From assembly GCA_013239625.1 (NCBI GenBank), contig MU057344.1, forward strand, positions 560,276-624,275: a DNA stretch of 64,000 bases, given 5' to 3'. Under the pieces are notes generated by a model. It had not been told where the DNA came from, did no database searches, and worked only from the letters and a program-made list of their open reading frames with translations. Below, one piece after another: positions 25,936-36,868 of the stretch. The position numbers and the translations under genes are program-made. Source of the stretch: Lama guanicoe. Its lineage: Eukaryota. The first letter of the stretch is position 1; the number at the start of each line of letters is the position of its first letter.

Positions 25936-27524
25936 GAAAGGATCTGAAAATAGTAATAAGTCTTTCAACATTTAACAAATTTTCAAGATACTAACAATAT
26001 GAAACGCTAAGAATTTACTTCAAAAAATCCAGTTTCCTAGATGGTTCCACATCATGCTTTAGGCCTTGGTTAACACCTGCTTTACTATCTGAACGAGGGG
26101 CCCGAGGCCTCCCGTCCGGACCTAAATCCGGGAATGTCGGCCCCTCTGCCGGTGGGAGGGCAGCCGAGCCTGGGGCGGACAGCACTGGACAGACACCCAC
26201 ACGGACGTCGGACTCATCCGGATGCATGGCCCCGGACGCCCTTCTCTCAGCAAGTGGCCTCCAACAGGGCGACGCGCAGACCCCGCCTGTCACTCCAGAA
26301 GTGAGTCCAAGAGAGGACAGGCGTCCGCCCTGCTGCTCTCACCAATTTAACAGGTGAAAATGCAACTCAGAGACAAGTCAAGTTACTCCAAAACAGAGGC
26401 CGTATTTGAGGCCCGTCAGGACAGTAACCAGGGGCCAAGGCCACGTGCACCCTGAGCCGGGTCCCCCCAGACTCCACACGGCCCCAGGGGTGCACATGCC
26501 CCACGCCAGCCGAGGGAGGCGCGAGGGCTGGAATGGCGGGGACTCCCCTGCAACCAAGACCCGTGGGGGAAGCAAGAGCAGGTCAACGTGAAACATCACC
26601 ATCAGCACCTTCCTAACCTTGTCCCCATGTCTCCGCAGTCACCCGGCTCTCACGGACAGCCAGCCACGCGGGCGGGACAGGATGGTCCCAACACACAGGA
26701 CACAGGGCAGACAGTGGAATGCAGCTCCACTTCACGACAGTGCAAACCCCTTTCCTCTGAAATCTCAGTGTGTACAACAAAATCTGTATGTGAGCACTTT
26801 CACAAAGTGTAAGAGAATCTCTAAAAAGCAGACACGGGATGGAAGACGCCTTCCCGGGCGCGGACGTGCCCTGCTTCACGAGGAATGTGTGCCGCCTGAC
26901 CCTCCCCCAGAGACTGCCAGGCCCAGCCAGCACCTGTCACACACGTGGGGGGGGGCAGACAAGGCCTTGGGACCAAGGTAGGAGGATCTGGGCAGGCTCA
27001 GTGCAGACCCTGAGGGGGTGGAGGGGACCCATCCGCCCCACCAACCACCCACCAACTGCTCTTCACAGAAGTGACCCACTGGTGGCTTAAGGGGAAAGTC
27101 GTGGTGGGTAAAGGAAGATTTTGGCTATGAGACATTTATTTTCAATAGCAAAGGACAGGCCATCCATTCTGATCCCCTCTGAATTTCAATGGACTGATTT
27201 ATGGAAGTTTCCTGACAAGTAATTACAAAGAGCCCACCCGGCTCGGCCGTCCCTGCCCAGAGACGGGCTCTGACCGAACCAGGGTTGGTGCACACAGGCT
27301 GACCTCAGAGCCCCAGCCGCTGCTCGCTTGCTTGCTTAGAAATGCAGAAAAGAAGTCATATTTAAAACATTAAAAACGGCTGATCTGGTCGACAGAAGGC
27401 AGGTTCTAGGCCCTTCCTCTGGCCACAGGCAGGGCGACGTGGCACCTGCTTGGGTGCTGGGCAGGGGCCTGCTCGCGGAGCGCACGTTCAGGCTGGCCCG
27501 TCCCGGGCGGGACAGAGCACAGGC

Positions 27525-27699
27525 CTAGCTTCCTGCCCCCTGCTCTCCGTCCTCCTCCCCGTCTTCGTCTTCTGTGAAATGGGCCTGTTTCTTCCGCACG
27601 TTCCAGTGCAGACACTGCGCCAGGCTCTCAAACCAGTCGCTCACAGGGTCCCGGACGCAGATGGAGGGGAGCGGGTAGCAAGAGGTAGTGATGCTGATG
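27525..27699 (-). CDS. NADK: NADK last coding exon (12)
   Basis: ISITTSCYPLPSICVRDPVSDWFESLAQCLHWNVRKKQAHF...GAGS*; TAG 27527-27525. Confidence 0.96.
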
Positions 27700-28084
27700 C
27701 TGAGGGAGGGGACAGGACGACACGGCCCCTCCAGCGCCCGCCGCCACCTTGCTCTGCCCGCCCACTGGCTGCGAAGCCTGGCCCTGGGTCCTCTAGTGTG
27801 TGTGGGGGGGTGTCGGGGTGGGCGCCTTGCCACTTTCCAGTCTGGCCCTGAGGACAACCAGAGGCTGGCGGCTCAGTGGTAACCCCCAGGACAGAACCAC
27901 AGACCCCCTCAGCCCACCCAGGTCCATGCAGGGACCCTAAGGGGTGGGGCTGCTGGAGAACAAGGGCACAGGTCTGCGATGTGCTCATACGAGACTGGGA
28001 CGGGCCCTCCAGGCTCTCGGTGACAGTGCTCTGCCTACAGGCCCCCGCCCCTCATGCCCTGCCCTAGCCCCATGGCCCACACAC

Positions 28085-28167
28085 CTGTCTCCATGGCGGA
28101 TCTCTTGTCTCTTGCGTCCATCGAAGGACACCCACGCGGTGTTCCTTGCTTCTGGTGACAGCATGAT
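28085..28167 (-). CDS. NADK: NADK exon 11
   Basis: IMLSPEARNTAWVSFDGRKRQEIRHGD; 83 nt. Confidence 0.96.
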
Positions 28168-28778
28168 CTGAAGGGTCAAGCGGGACAGGTATGGGCTCAC
28201 CTGCGTGCAGCTGAATGTCTCAGAACCAACCCTGGGGTGGCACTGTCCAGGAGGAGCCCACCAGGTGCCCAGGTCAGCTCCAGGCTATGAGAGCACTAAC
28301 TCCCGTCGGGCTGACACCAGCCCTGGGTGTGGAGGAAGGATGTCCGTCCAGGCCCAGGGTTCCCAACTATCTACCCTCTGCTGGGGACACGGGGCTGGCA
28401 TCTGGCCCTAGGCCTCCGAGCTCTCCGTGTCCCGCCAGGGCTCGCACCAGGGGCCCGCGGGTCTGCGGCGCCTGGCGTGGGGAACACCAGGTAGAGGAGA
28501 CAGAGATGTGGCCAAGCAGTGGCAGCCAGTCAGCTGCCAGGACGGGGCCCTGGGGGGGACATGCCGGGCAGGGTCACTCCTCACCCCGCCCCCACCCAAG
28601 ACAGATGGCCCCACCCACTCAGGTCAGAAGCCCTGCTGGAGGGGCCAGCCCAGCTTTCAGTGCCCCACTGCCCCCCACTCCACTGTCTCAGCAGCAAGTG
28701 CCAGGTGCACAGAGACCAGGACAGCACCGAGGGTCCCAGCCAAGGCCCCAGCCCACAGGGTGGAGGGTGTGCTGTGAC

Positions 28779-28936
28779 CTTGAGCTCGACGCCTGCAGGG
28801 ACCACGATGGGCCGGAAAGACAGCGAGTGCGGGCAGATGGGGGTGATCATGATAGCTGGGACGTTGGGGTGGATCATGGAGGCGCCAGCCGCAGCCGCAT
28901 ACGCCGTGCTGCCCGTCGGGGTGGAGACGATCACGC
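28779..28936 (-). CDS. NADK: NADK exon 10
   Basis: [12 protein letters not shown]...PAGVELK (NAD kinase motif); 158 nt. Confidence 0.97.
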
Positions 28937-29031
28937 CTGAAGGACAGGCTGCGGGGTCACTCTTGTGGTCACTCTCGCAGTCACTCTGATGCAGCGCCCC
29001 CATCCCCAGGGCAGGCCTGATGCCCACCTAC

Positions 29032-29131
29032 CATCGCCCTGCACTGTAGTGATGAGGTGCCCGTCCAGGTAGACGTCCACGTTGGACAGGTAGGAGGAGG
29101 GGCCTCTGTCGATCACGACCTCGTTCAGGAC
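29032..29131 (-). CDS. NADK: NADK exon 9
   Basis: [33 protein letters not shown] (NE motif); 100 nt. Confidence 0.97.
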
Positions 29132-29229
29132 CTGGGGTGAGGCCACTGCAGACTAAGGGGCCAGGCGGCACCTCCCCAGTGGGCCTGCCCCCGACCTCAG
29201 CACCCATGCTGGTCCTGGGCTCTCTGTAA

Positions 29230-29535
29230 ACCCTGAAAGGGGGGCAGGGAGCCGGGGGCGGGGCCCGGAGTCCAGGGGGACGCGCCCTCTGACCTGGTAC
29301 TGCATGACCTGCTTCCCGATCTCCGCGTCCAGGGCCGCGGCCAGCACCCCATTCTTGCTGATCCCGTTGGGGATGGCCACCTACCCTGAAAGGGGGGCCG
29401 GGGGCCGGGGGCGGGGCCCGGAGTCCAGGGGGACGCGCCCTCTGACCTGGTACTGCATGACCTGCTTCCCGATCTCCGCGTCCAGGGCCGCGGCCAGCAC
29501 CCCATTCTTGCTGATCCCGTTGGGGATGGCCACCT
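29230..29535. repeat. NADK: Tandem duplication, 2 x 153 bp, spanning the NADK exon 8 3' end and donor
   Basis: 29230-29382 and 29383-29535 differ only at 29246/29399 and 29250/29403. Confidence 0.95.
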
Positions 29536-29601
29536 TCTTCCCCCTCAGCTCCTTCACGACCCTGACCTTCAGCCGGCTCCGAAGAACGACAGCTGCGTTC
29601 C
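29447..29601 (-). CDS. NADK: NADK exon 8
   Basis: NAAVVLRSRLKVRVVKELRGKKVAIPNG...KQVMQYQ; 155 nt. Confidence 0.93.
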
Positions 29602-29920
29602 CTGGGGGCCGGCAGAGGCCACGCCAGGGAGGTCAGCAGGGCTGGGCAGTGGTGCCACAGGAAGAGAGCCCCCCTTTCTTCTCCCACATCGAGAGCAACA
29701 CTGTGCCTTCTGCAAAGATCAACCCGCGCACAGTACTGAACGTGAACGGCAGCCTGGCCTGTGGCAGCTCGGGCTTCTCACGGTCAGCAGAAATGTCTGA
29801 ACCACTCAGAATCTAGAAATCTCTGAGTCCGGAGACATTTCAGCACTGCTCTCTCTGCATCATCAAACCCCCAGCCAAGAAGGAAGGCAGCCCCGTGCAC
29901 TCCAGCACACTGCGACTCAC

Positions 29921-30023
29921 CCTGGATCACCTGGGAGACCTGGGACTGGAAGCTCTCGAAGCCGAAGGGGGTCAGGAAGCCCAGGGAGCCCAGGTGGAAC
30001 GCCATGACCGGGGGCACGCTGCC
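29921..30023 (-). CDS. NADK: NADK exon 7
   Basis: GSVPPVMAFHLGSLGFLTPF...; 103 nt. Confidence 0.96.
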
Positions 30024-31005
30024 CTGCGGGCCGGCGCGGCAGGTCACTCAGCGGGCCAGCTCCGCCAACGGCCACCCGCGCTACCCCAGCACTGAGGCAC
30101 CTGCGCCCCGACAGTCCTGGGCAGGGGGTAGGGCTGACTCGGGAGGTCCGTGGGACGGCGGGGCCGGGCAGGAGGAACAGCGGGGTGAGAGCTGACAGGG
30201 CTAACAGGGCCCCTGGCCCCGAGGGCAGGAAGGAGCTGGCGAGGGCGGGATGAGCAGAGCTGCTCTGACACACGGAGACCACGCCCAGGGGTTCTGGAAA
30301 GGTGGCAGGCCAGACAGAGACAGCAGGGAGGAGTGAGGACAGCAGGCAGGTGAGGACCTGCAGGCAGCGGAGGGCGGTGGCTGCGAGGAGGTGGGACGCC
30401 CCCGAGGCCCTCTCACTCCTGTTCTTTCCCAAGGGCTAACTCTGCAGCATTCCCGCCTTGCCGGGTTCACACCACACCTGGTGCCGAGGCCCCAGTCCAC
30501 ACTGCCCGCCGGGCCTGAGCCCCGTGCCCCGGACCCCTAGACGGCACGTCCACTTCTAGGCCGCTCTCTGGGGCCACTGTGCCTGAGCGACTTGCACACC
30601 TCGGCTAGGTCTCCCCAGGGCTCCTGCCTTGCTGAGAGTGGGGGTGGGTTCCGAATGATCCCACCGCTTCCTGTGCTGACCCTCACTGTCCGTGGCCTCC
30701 ACAGGGCTCCCCCCACCACGCCCTGGACAGTCAGCCTGTAGCTAAACCCATGCCCACCCCCGGAACACCCCCAGGACAGTCTCCCCACCACTGCCGTCTT
30801 CCCAGCCCAGCCCAGCCCAGGCCTGGCCACCGTTCTCTGGACGAGGCGGATGTGCCTGGCCTGTCACAGCTCCCAGGTGCTCAGATAGGAGGCGCAGCCC
30901 TTGCTATCACTTGTAAACTTGCTCTACTGCCAAGTGAAGAAATGCAGAGCAGGGACCTCCTCCCTGCTCCTCACGCGGCGCCAGGACCACCACCTGGAGA
31001 CCCAC

Positions 31006-31091
31006 CTGGAAGAGCGAGGAGGCGTAAAGCAGGGTCCCATCTCCTCCCAGGCAGATGATGAAGTCGATCTGATTAGAAATGTCATCATAAT
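31006..31091 (-). CDS. NADK: NADK exon 6
   Basis: YDDISNQIDFIICLGGDGTLLYASSLFQ (GGDG motif); 86 nt. Confidence 0.97.
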
Positions 31092-31206
31092 CTAGAAAAC
31101 AGAACAGCAGACACCAGAAAAGCCATCAAGCAGCCCCAACTTGCAAAGCCACCCACGCTGGGTGGGAGGCTCCCGCCAGGCTGGGAGCTCCCGGGGGACG
31201 ACTTGC

Positions 31207-31315
31207 CTTCCCTGAAGGTGCAGAACCTCCTCTTCACTGGCCCGAAGCGGTCATCGTTCACGATGGCTGGGTCCTCCAGCACCTTCTTCTCCACGTACAC
31301 GACCATGTTGTTCTC
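31207..31315 (-). CDS. NADK: NADK exon 5 (GC donor)
   Basis: ENNMVVYVEKKVLEDPAIV...FCTFRE; donor AAG|gcaagt. Confidence 0.93.
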
Positions 31316-31604
31316 CTGGGAGGGACAGGCCAGTGACACCAGGTCAGAGGGTGCTGGTCCCCTGCGAAGCCGCCTCTTGGCATTTTACGACAAGAGGGGA
31401 GCGAGCCCTCTGTTGTAGCCGGCAAACTGCCGTCTGCCTGCTCACGCCGTGTTTCTAGGGTCCCAGAGGCTCTGTGGCGCTCGGCTACAGACGCTGCGCT
31501 CCTGGAGGGAGTCTCCTGCCTCTACAGCGCTGGAGTCAGAGCCTCGGAGCTGGGCTAGGAGCCGGCTGCGTCCCGCGACCCCCCAGGTGGGCCCCGCCAC
31601 CCAC

Positions 31605-31734
31605 CTCCATCAGGTGCACACAGAGCTCCTTGAACGGCTGGAGCAGGCTGGCATCCCGGATCTTCTTGATGACCAGGACGCTCTTCGGGGGCTTGTTCCA
31701 CGTCAGCCGCTGGCTGGCAGGGTCCTGGATGTGC
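31605..31734 (-). CDS. NADK: NADK exon 4
   Basis: HIQDPASQRLTWNKPPKSVLVIKK...HLME; 130 nt. Confidence 0.96.
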
Positions 31735-33168
31735 CTTGGAGGGGAGAGGAGCGTGCACCGTCTCAGCCCCGTGCGAGCGCTGCGCCGTGGTGTGAGCGAC
31801 TCAGCCGCCCCCGAACTTCCGTGGCAAGCAAGCTCCCATTCACAAGTCAGCAGCAGGGCCCGGGGCAGCGAGACCCCGCGTGGCCACCACGGCGGGAGCG
31901 ACACCTCGTGCCTGTCCCAAGCACAGGAAGCACAGCGCCGAGCGACCCTGGTGTGAAATAGGGTCTCTGGGCGGCCACACTGTGTCCCTGCAGGTTCCTC
32001 TGTCACAAACGCACCCTCTGGGGCATCCAACGTGGGGGAGCCTGGGAGGGGGGCAGTATACAGGAAATTTCTGCACCTTCCCCTCCCAACACAAAACTGC
32101 TCAATAATTTTTATTTAAAAAAAAAGGGCCTCCCTGAAAACAAAAGCCCACATCCCGTGGCACTCTGTGGCTGACGTGGTCTGTGGGCAGCAGGTCGTCC
32201 CTGATGGGCAGGGGTGTCCCCTCCCCCAAGGCCAGGCCCCCCAGGATGACTCTGACAGCTGTGAGCATCCTGGGAGACGCCCCGCCGGCCGCGGATGAGC
32301 TGGCACATGTGTGGGGAAGCGGATGGAGGGGCCGGCTCCGCGGTCAGCACGCACCTCGGCCTGTTGGGAAACAGTCCTGCAAAGGGCAGTGCGGCCGGCG
32401 GAGACTCCCTTCTGGACTCAAGTTCCCCAATCGGCCTAGGGCCAGCGCCTCCCTGAACGCCCACCGGCCCGCAAGCAACTTCCAAAACCACCACTCAAAC
32501 CATGAAGGAGCGGCGGGCGTCCAGCCCAGCACTCACCCCTTCCAGGCGATTCTGCGAGGGGGGCGGCGCTCAGGCCCCTTCAGGTCACACTCGTGCTCAG
32601 GGGGCTGGGGCTGCCCACTCAGCATTGCAGGTCCGCTCAGCCAAGGCGGGGAGAGCAGCGCAAAGCAGCCCCCAGACCCACCCGCGCCGGCACCACAAAC
32701 TCGCTTCTAATCCTCAAAACTGAAAACAAAACCTGGAGTAAAGTGACTTGTTCCAGGTTCCACAAAAGGACGGGGCCGACAGTGCCTCCTCAAATCAAGT
32801 CCCACAAACCACGCTGGAGTCGACCTTCTTATCGTTTACACTGTCCTCCAGTCTGACCGCCACTCAAATCAGAGTCCTCAGGGTCCCCTGGAGCAGCAAA
32901 GAGCTTGGACTCGGCCACCCCGCTCCCTGGAGGCTGGCCACAAGCTCTGCCCAGAGCTGCCGGGAGGTCAGGACACGCCCCAGGCAGCCTCAGGCGGGCA
33001 CTGGGCCGCGGAACCGGCTTGGCCCTGGGGGAGGAGCTCACAGGACGGGCGGGCCCTCAGACTTTGCCCCTCTGCCTGGCTCGTGGCCCCTCCGGCCCTG
33101 AGACTCTTCTGCACCCAGCCAGAGCCACCCAGGTGCCATCGGCTTGGTCTTGGGCACCAACTGGTCAC

Positions 33169-33341
33169 TTGATTTCCTGTTGGGTTACTGCAAGCACGGA
33201 TGCGGACCCCTCCTTGGCACAGAGGCTCTGGGTGGCAGACAGAAGGGCAGGGGCGCCTGACTGCTCAGCAGGGGACTCATCTGAGTCGCCACCGCATCGG
33301 CCAAAGGCGTCAGATACTGGCAATTCCACACGTTTCAACAT
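33169..33341 (-). CDS. NADK: Candidate alternative first coding exon of NADK (short isoform)
   Basis: ATG 33341, 173 nt open, phase-2 donor CAA|gtgacc compatible with exon 4. Confidence 0.45.
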
Positions 33342-34185
33342 AAGAGAAAATACGTGTTCACGGTAAATTGTAAACAATAAAGTAGGAAGTCAGTCTCTTG
33401 TGATCAACTCCTCTGCAACGTTTACTTTCGAACTTCGGGGGAGAAGGCGGGTTGAGCACACGGGAACCCTGTCCCGTCAGCCAGTGTTGGGAAGTGGCGA
33501 GGACGAGGCAGGGACACAGAGTCCCAGCCTCTCAGGGACGACAGCCCTGCAGACAGTGCCGGCAGAGACAGCTGCTCACCCCTCAGCCCCAGAGGCACCT
33601 CTGAGGGAACTGCCCCTCTGCTGGGAGCACCCCACCCAACCCAATTCAGATGTGGCCGAGACCCCAGCCAAGGCTCATGGGGCCCCAACACCCCCGTCCG
33701 CCCCAGTGACTGTGGGCCGAGCTGGGAGCAGATGACGCTGATCGAGGCTGGACGGTGAGGGGCCACCCAGGGCGGCGCTTAAGCTGACAGGAGCGGCAAG
33801 GAAGGGGCAGCACCGCCGAGAGCAGCAGCTGCAGGGAGGGGTGAGGCTGGGCGTGGACCCGGTTACCAGTGTGGTCGCTGTGCAGAGCGCAGAGCACGGG
33901 CGCCAGGGGGCCGCCGTGGACAGGCAGGGGTCTGCGGACAGAGGGGACCCACTCGCATAGGCAGCAGTAACTACACCATGGCCAGCACCCAGAACGGGCA
34001 GAGGCACTAGGACCAGTTACTCAGGTGCCTGGGCCGCACTTGGGGTCGCTGGGATTCACACACCACAGCACCAGGGGGCCTGGGGGGTGCGGGCAGCACT
34101 GCCGTCCCCTGCGCTGCCCGCCGACTGGCAGACGGCCAAGAGAGCAAGGACCCCGAAAGGTTAGTCCCAGAAGCACACCTGAGCC

Positions 34186-34323
34186 GGGGGAGGGAGTAGA
34201 GCTCAGTGGTAGAGTGTGTGCCTAGCATGCATGAGGTCCTGGGTTTAGCGCCCGGTGCCTCCATTAAAAATAAATAAATGAATAAAATCTAATTACCTCC
34301 TCCCTGAAATTAAAAAAGTTAAA
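34186..34323 (+). mobile_element. tRNA-Ala-derived SINE (Vic-1-like) with 15-bp TSD
   Basis: A/B boxes; TSD aag(c/t)acacctgagcc at 34171-34185 and 34324-34338. Confidence 0.9.
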
Positions 34324-35050
34324 AAGTACACCTGAGCCCTGGGCCCTGACCCGTTCAGAATGTGAAGGAGGGGCCACCTCCAGGATCCACCCAGGCCTGG
34401 GGCTTGAGGCAAGACCGCCTCAGCTGGGTCCCATGGCGCCGGCTCAGCCAGGTTAGCGTCCTCTCCCACAAGGCAGAACCAGCGGAGCAGTGCAGAGAGT
34501 CTGCAGCTCTCTGGGACCAACAAACACCAGGTGGCAGAAGCCACACTGAGGGAGAAGGGTGAGTGTTAAAGCGTCCAGTGAAATAACCCCACCTTCTTAG
34601 TTTTCATGTAGTGCCTCACCTGGCCCCAGGTGGCCAGGGCCCCATGTCTCGGAAACGCAGAGCTTACAAGCACTGCACCTGCGAGGCGGGTTACCTCACA
34701 AACAACTCAGATGTTCAAAAACCCTAATTAACACCTCTGCTTTTTAATAATTAAGAGAAACACTTGAGCCTTCAAATGTGTTACTATGAAATACGTCATC
34801 TTCCCCTAGAATTTTTACTGTGAAAAGCGGAAGTAACTCCAAATATCTTACCCAAAGCCCTGCCGTGCCCACGGAGCAGACCCCCATTCACTTTCTCAAA
34901 GGTGCTGGAGGCCCTGAGCTCAGCGGGAGTCAGTGAAGTTGCCCCGTGACCTCTGGTGGACTCAGAAGCCAAGTGACACACGACTTCCCATTCCAAGTGT
35001 CAGAACCTCCCACAGCACAGCGATCCCAGGACAAGCCCCAGAAGACTTAC

Positions 35051-35134
35051 ATGATGGTCTGGGGGTTCTGCAGCACGCAGGCCTTTGGTCCAAAAGTGGT
35101 CACTGGGCATGGCCCGTGCAGAGAGCGGGTCCTC
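35051..35134 (-). CDS. NADK: NADK exon 3
   Basis: RTRSLHGPCPVTTFGPKACVLQNPQTIM; 84 nt. Confidence 0.96.
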
Positions 35135-36695
35135 CTGTGGGGAGAGGGCACGCAGTGCGAGCTGTCAGACGGGGGCACAGACTGTTGGACTGGCACCAGT
35201 AACGCCGCCATCTGCCCACCATCCAAGTGCAGGTCCTGGTGACTCCATCCTGACCCGCAGAGCGGCCCAGGAGTGCCACATGCCGTCCACGCAGCGGCAG
35301 AAGGAGCGCAGCCCGGGCACATCCAGAAACACTCCTTAGAACAAGGACCCTAAGCCAGAGCAGGTGCCCAGGGCCTGGCCCAGAAACAGGGAGCAGACCC
35401 CCGGGAACGGCCTGGGAATCGGAATTCTTGTCTTGGCAAGTCAGTCTGCGGGCAAGTCCCTGGGTCAATACTTGAGAATTAAGACCTTAGCAATCATCCC
35501 TAAGTATCTAAATTAAAATTCTAACAGAAATGCTCACTCTTAGTTGCACGTATGGCCCAACATTTCCAATAATTAAGAGTGACTCAGCCACAATCAAATC
35601 ACACCACAAAGGGTGCTGTGGCCAGCGCGTGTCAGGGGGCCCCACTCGGCGGCCCCATCCTCTCCTTGAGGACCTAGCACCGCCCTGGCAGGGGCCACGG
35701 GAACGATGTGGACACTATCCGTCCCCCAGTGGCAGGGTGGTGGTTTGTCACCCCCACACAAAATGTCAGTTCCAATGGCTTTTTTCTGCACCAAAAACAC
35801 CACCACAAAGAGGGCCAAACGGAGCCAGCAAACTTGCTTTTGTCTCTACCTGCCTATCTCACGGTTCAACAAAATCTTCAAATCCCAATGCAGACAAAAC
35901 AGGTTTTCTGCTGTCCTGTGAAGGGCAGTCAGCCCCGGGAGAGTCACGGGGTCAGGTCAAGGCCCCTCTTGTGGGCTCTTGAGAATCTGCAGGAACTGGG
36001 GCCTTTGGGAACTGAAAGATCTTTGGAAATGCCATTCAGAGCAAATTACTCCAAGTCGGCATTTACATACAACCCTCGAGACCAGCTTCAGCTGGGCCCA
36101 CCCATCCCACCCTCACAGACGCAAGGCCACCTCTGACCTGCTGCCACCACGCCGGGTTCAACATGCCCTGAAAGGGGCATAAGCGCCAAATCCTGCAGAG
36201 GCCACCCTGGGCCGACTGCCGGGACCCCGCACCAGCACGCCTCACCTACACCCACCCGGGGAGCAAGGGGCGCGGCCTCCACGCACCAAGCCCCCCGTGG
36301 CCCCTACAGACAGACCCTCGGGCCCACACGCGAGGCGGCGTGGTTCCAACAACTCAGATGTTCAAGGCCCCAGAGGCGGGCACCCGGCTCCCACAGGGTG
36401 AGTGAGCGCTGCTCCTGCTGGAGCCTTAGTGATGCCAACACCAGGCGGCCATACTCGGCCCAATGCCAGTCCTTCACCAGGTGGACCAGACGGCGGCACC
36501 TGCGGGCACCACCCACACAGCTCACCCGTCCCAAGTGAGATGGGAGGAGTGTCTTCTGCAGGGGTGCCCTCTGGGGGGAAGGTAACCTCCGGGGGGGTGT
36601 CCTTTGAGGGGAGGTGCTCTCTGGCGGGGTGTCGCAGTGAGCGCACCCCTCCCCCACAAGTGTGAGCGCCAACACAGGCACCAGAGGCCTCGTAC

Positions 36696-36868
36696 CTGAA
36701 CTCCCTGGTGCTCGCCAGGGCGGGCGAGGCCGACAGGCTGCGGGACTTGGCCCGCCCCCGGATGGGGTGGCCGGGCCCCCAGTCCTCGTCCCCATGGCAC
36801 GCGGAGCAGCAGTAGGAGGCCGCGTCTGCACTCAGCTCCTTACTCTCGTTGACTTTTTCTTGTTCCAT
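36696..36868 (-). CDS. NADK: NADK first coding exon (exon 2; probable exon start 36914)
   Basis: MEQEKVNESKELSADAASYCCSACHGDE...RGRAKSRSLSASP (Akt sites); total CDS 1356 nt = 451 aa + stop. Confidence 0.94.

Noticed and set aside
29230-29535. Direct repeat considered as CRISPR-like or as a transposon
   Set aside because: Two adjacent copies of NADK exon/intron sequence, no spacers, eukaryotic context
31735-32030. In-frame extension upstream of NADK exon 4 (MDAPEGAF...)
   Set aside because: A good acceptor at 31735 explains the exon; no independent sign of a promoter; plausible by chance
34186-34263. tRNA-Ala-like sequences (four copies)
   Set aside because: Diverged stems, shared non-tRNA tail, poly(A) and TSDs show they are SINEs, not tRNA genes
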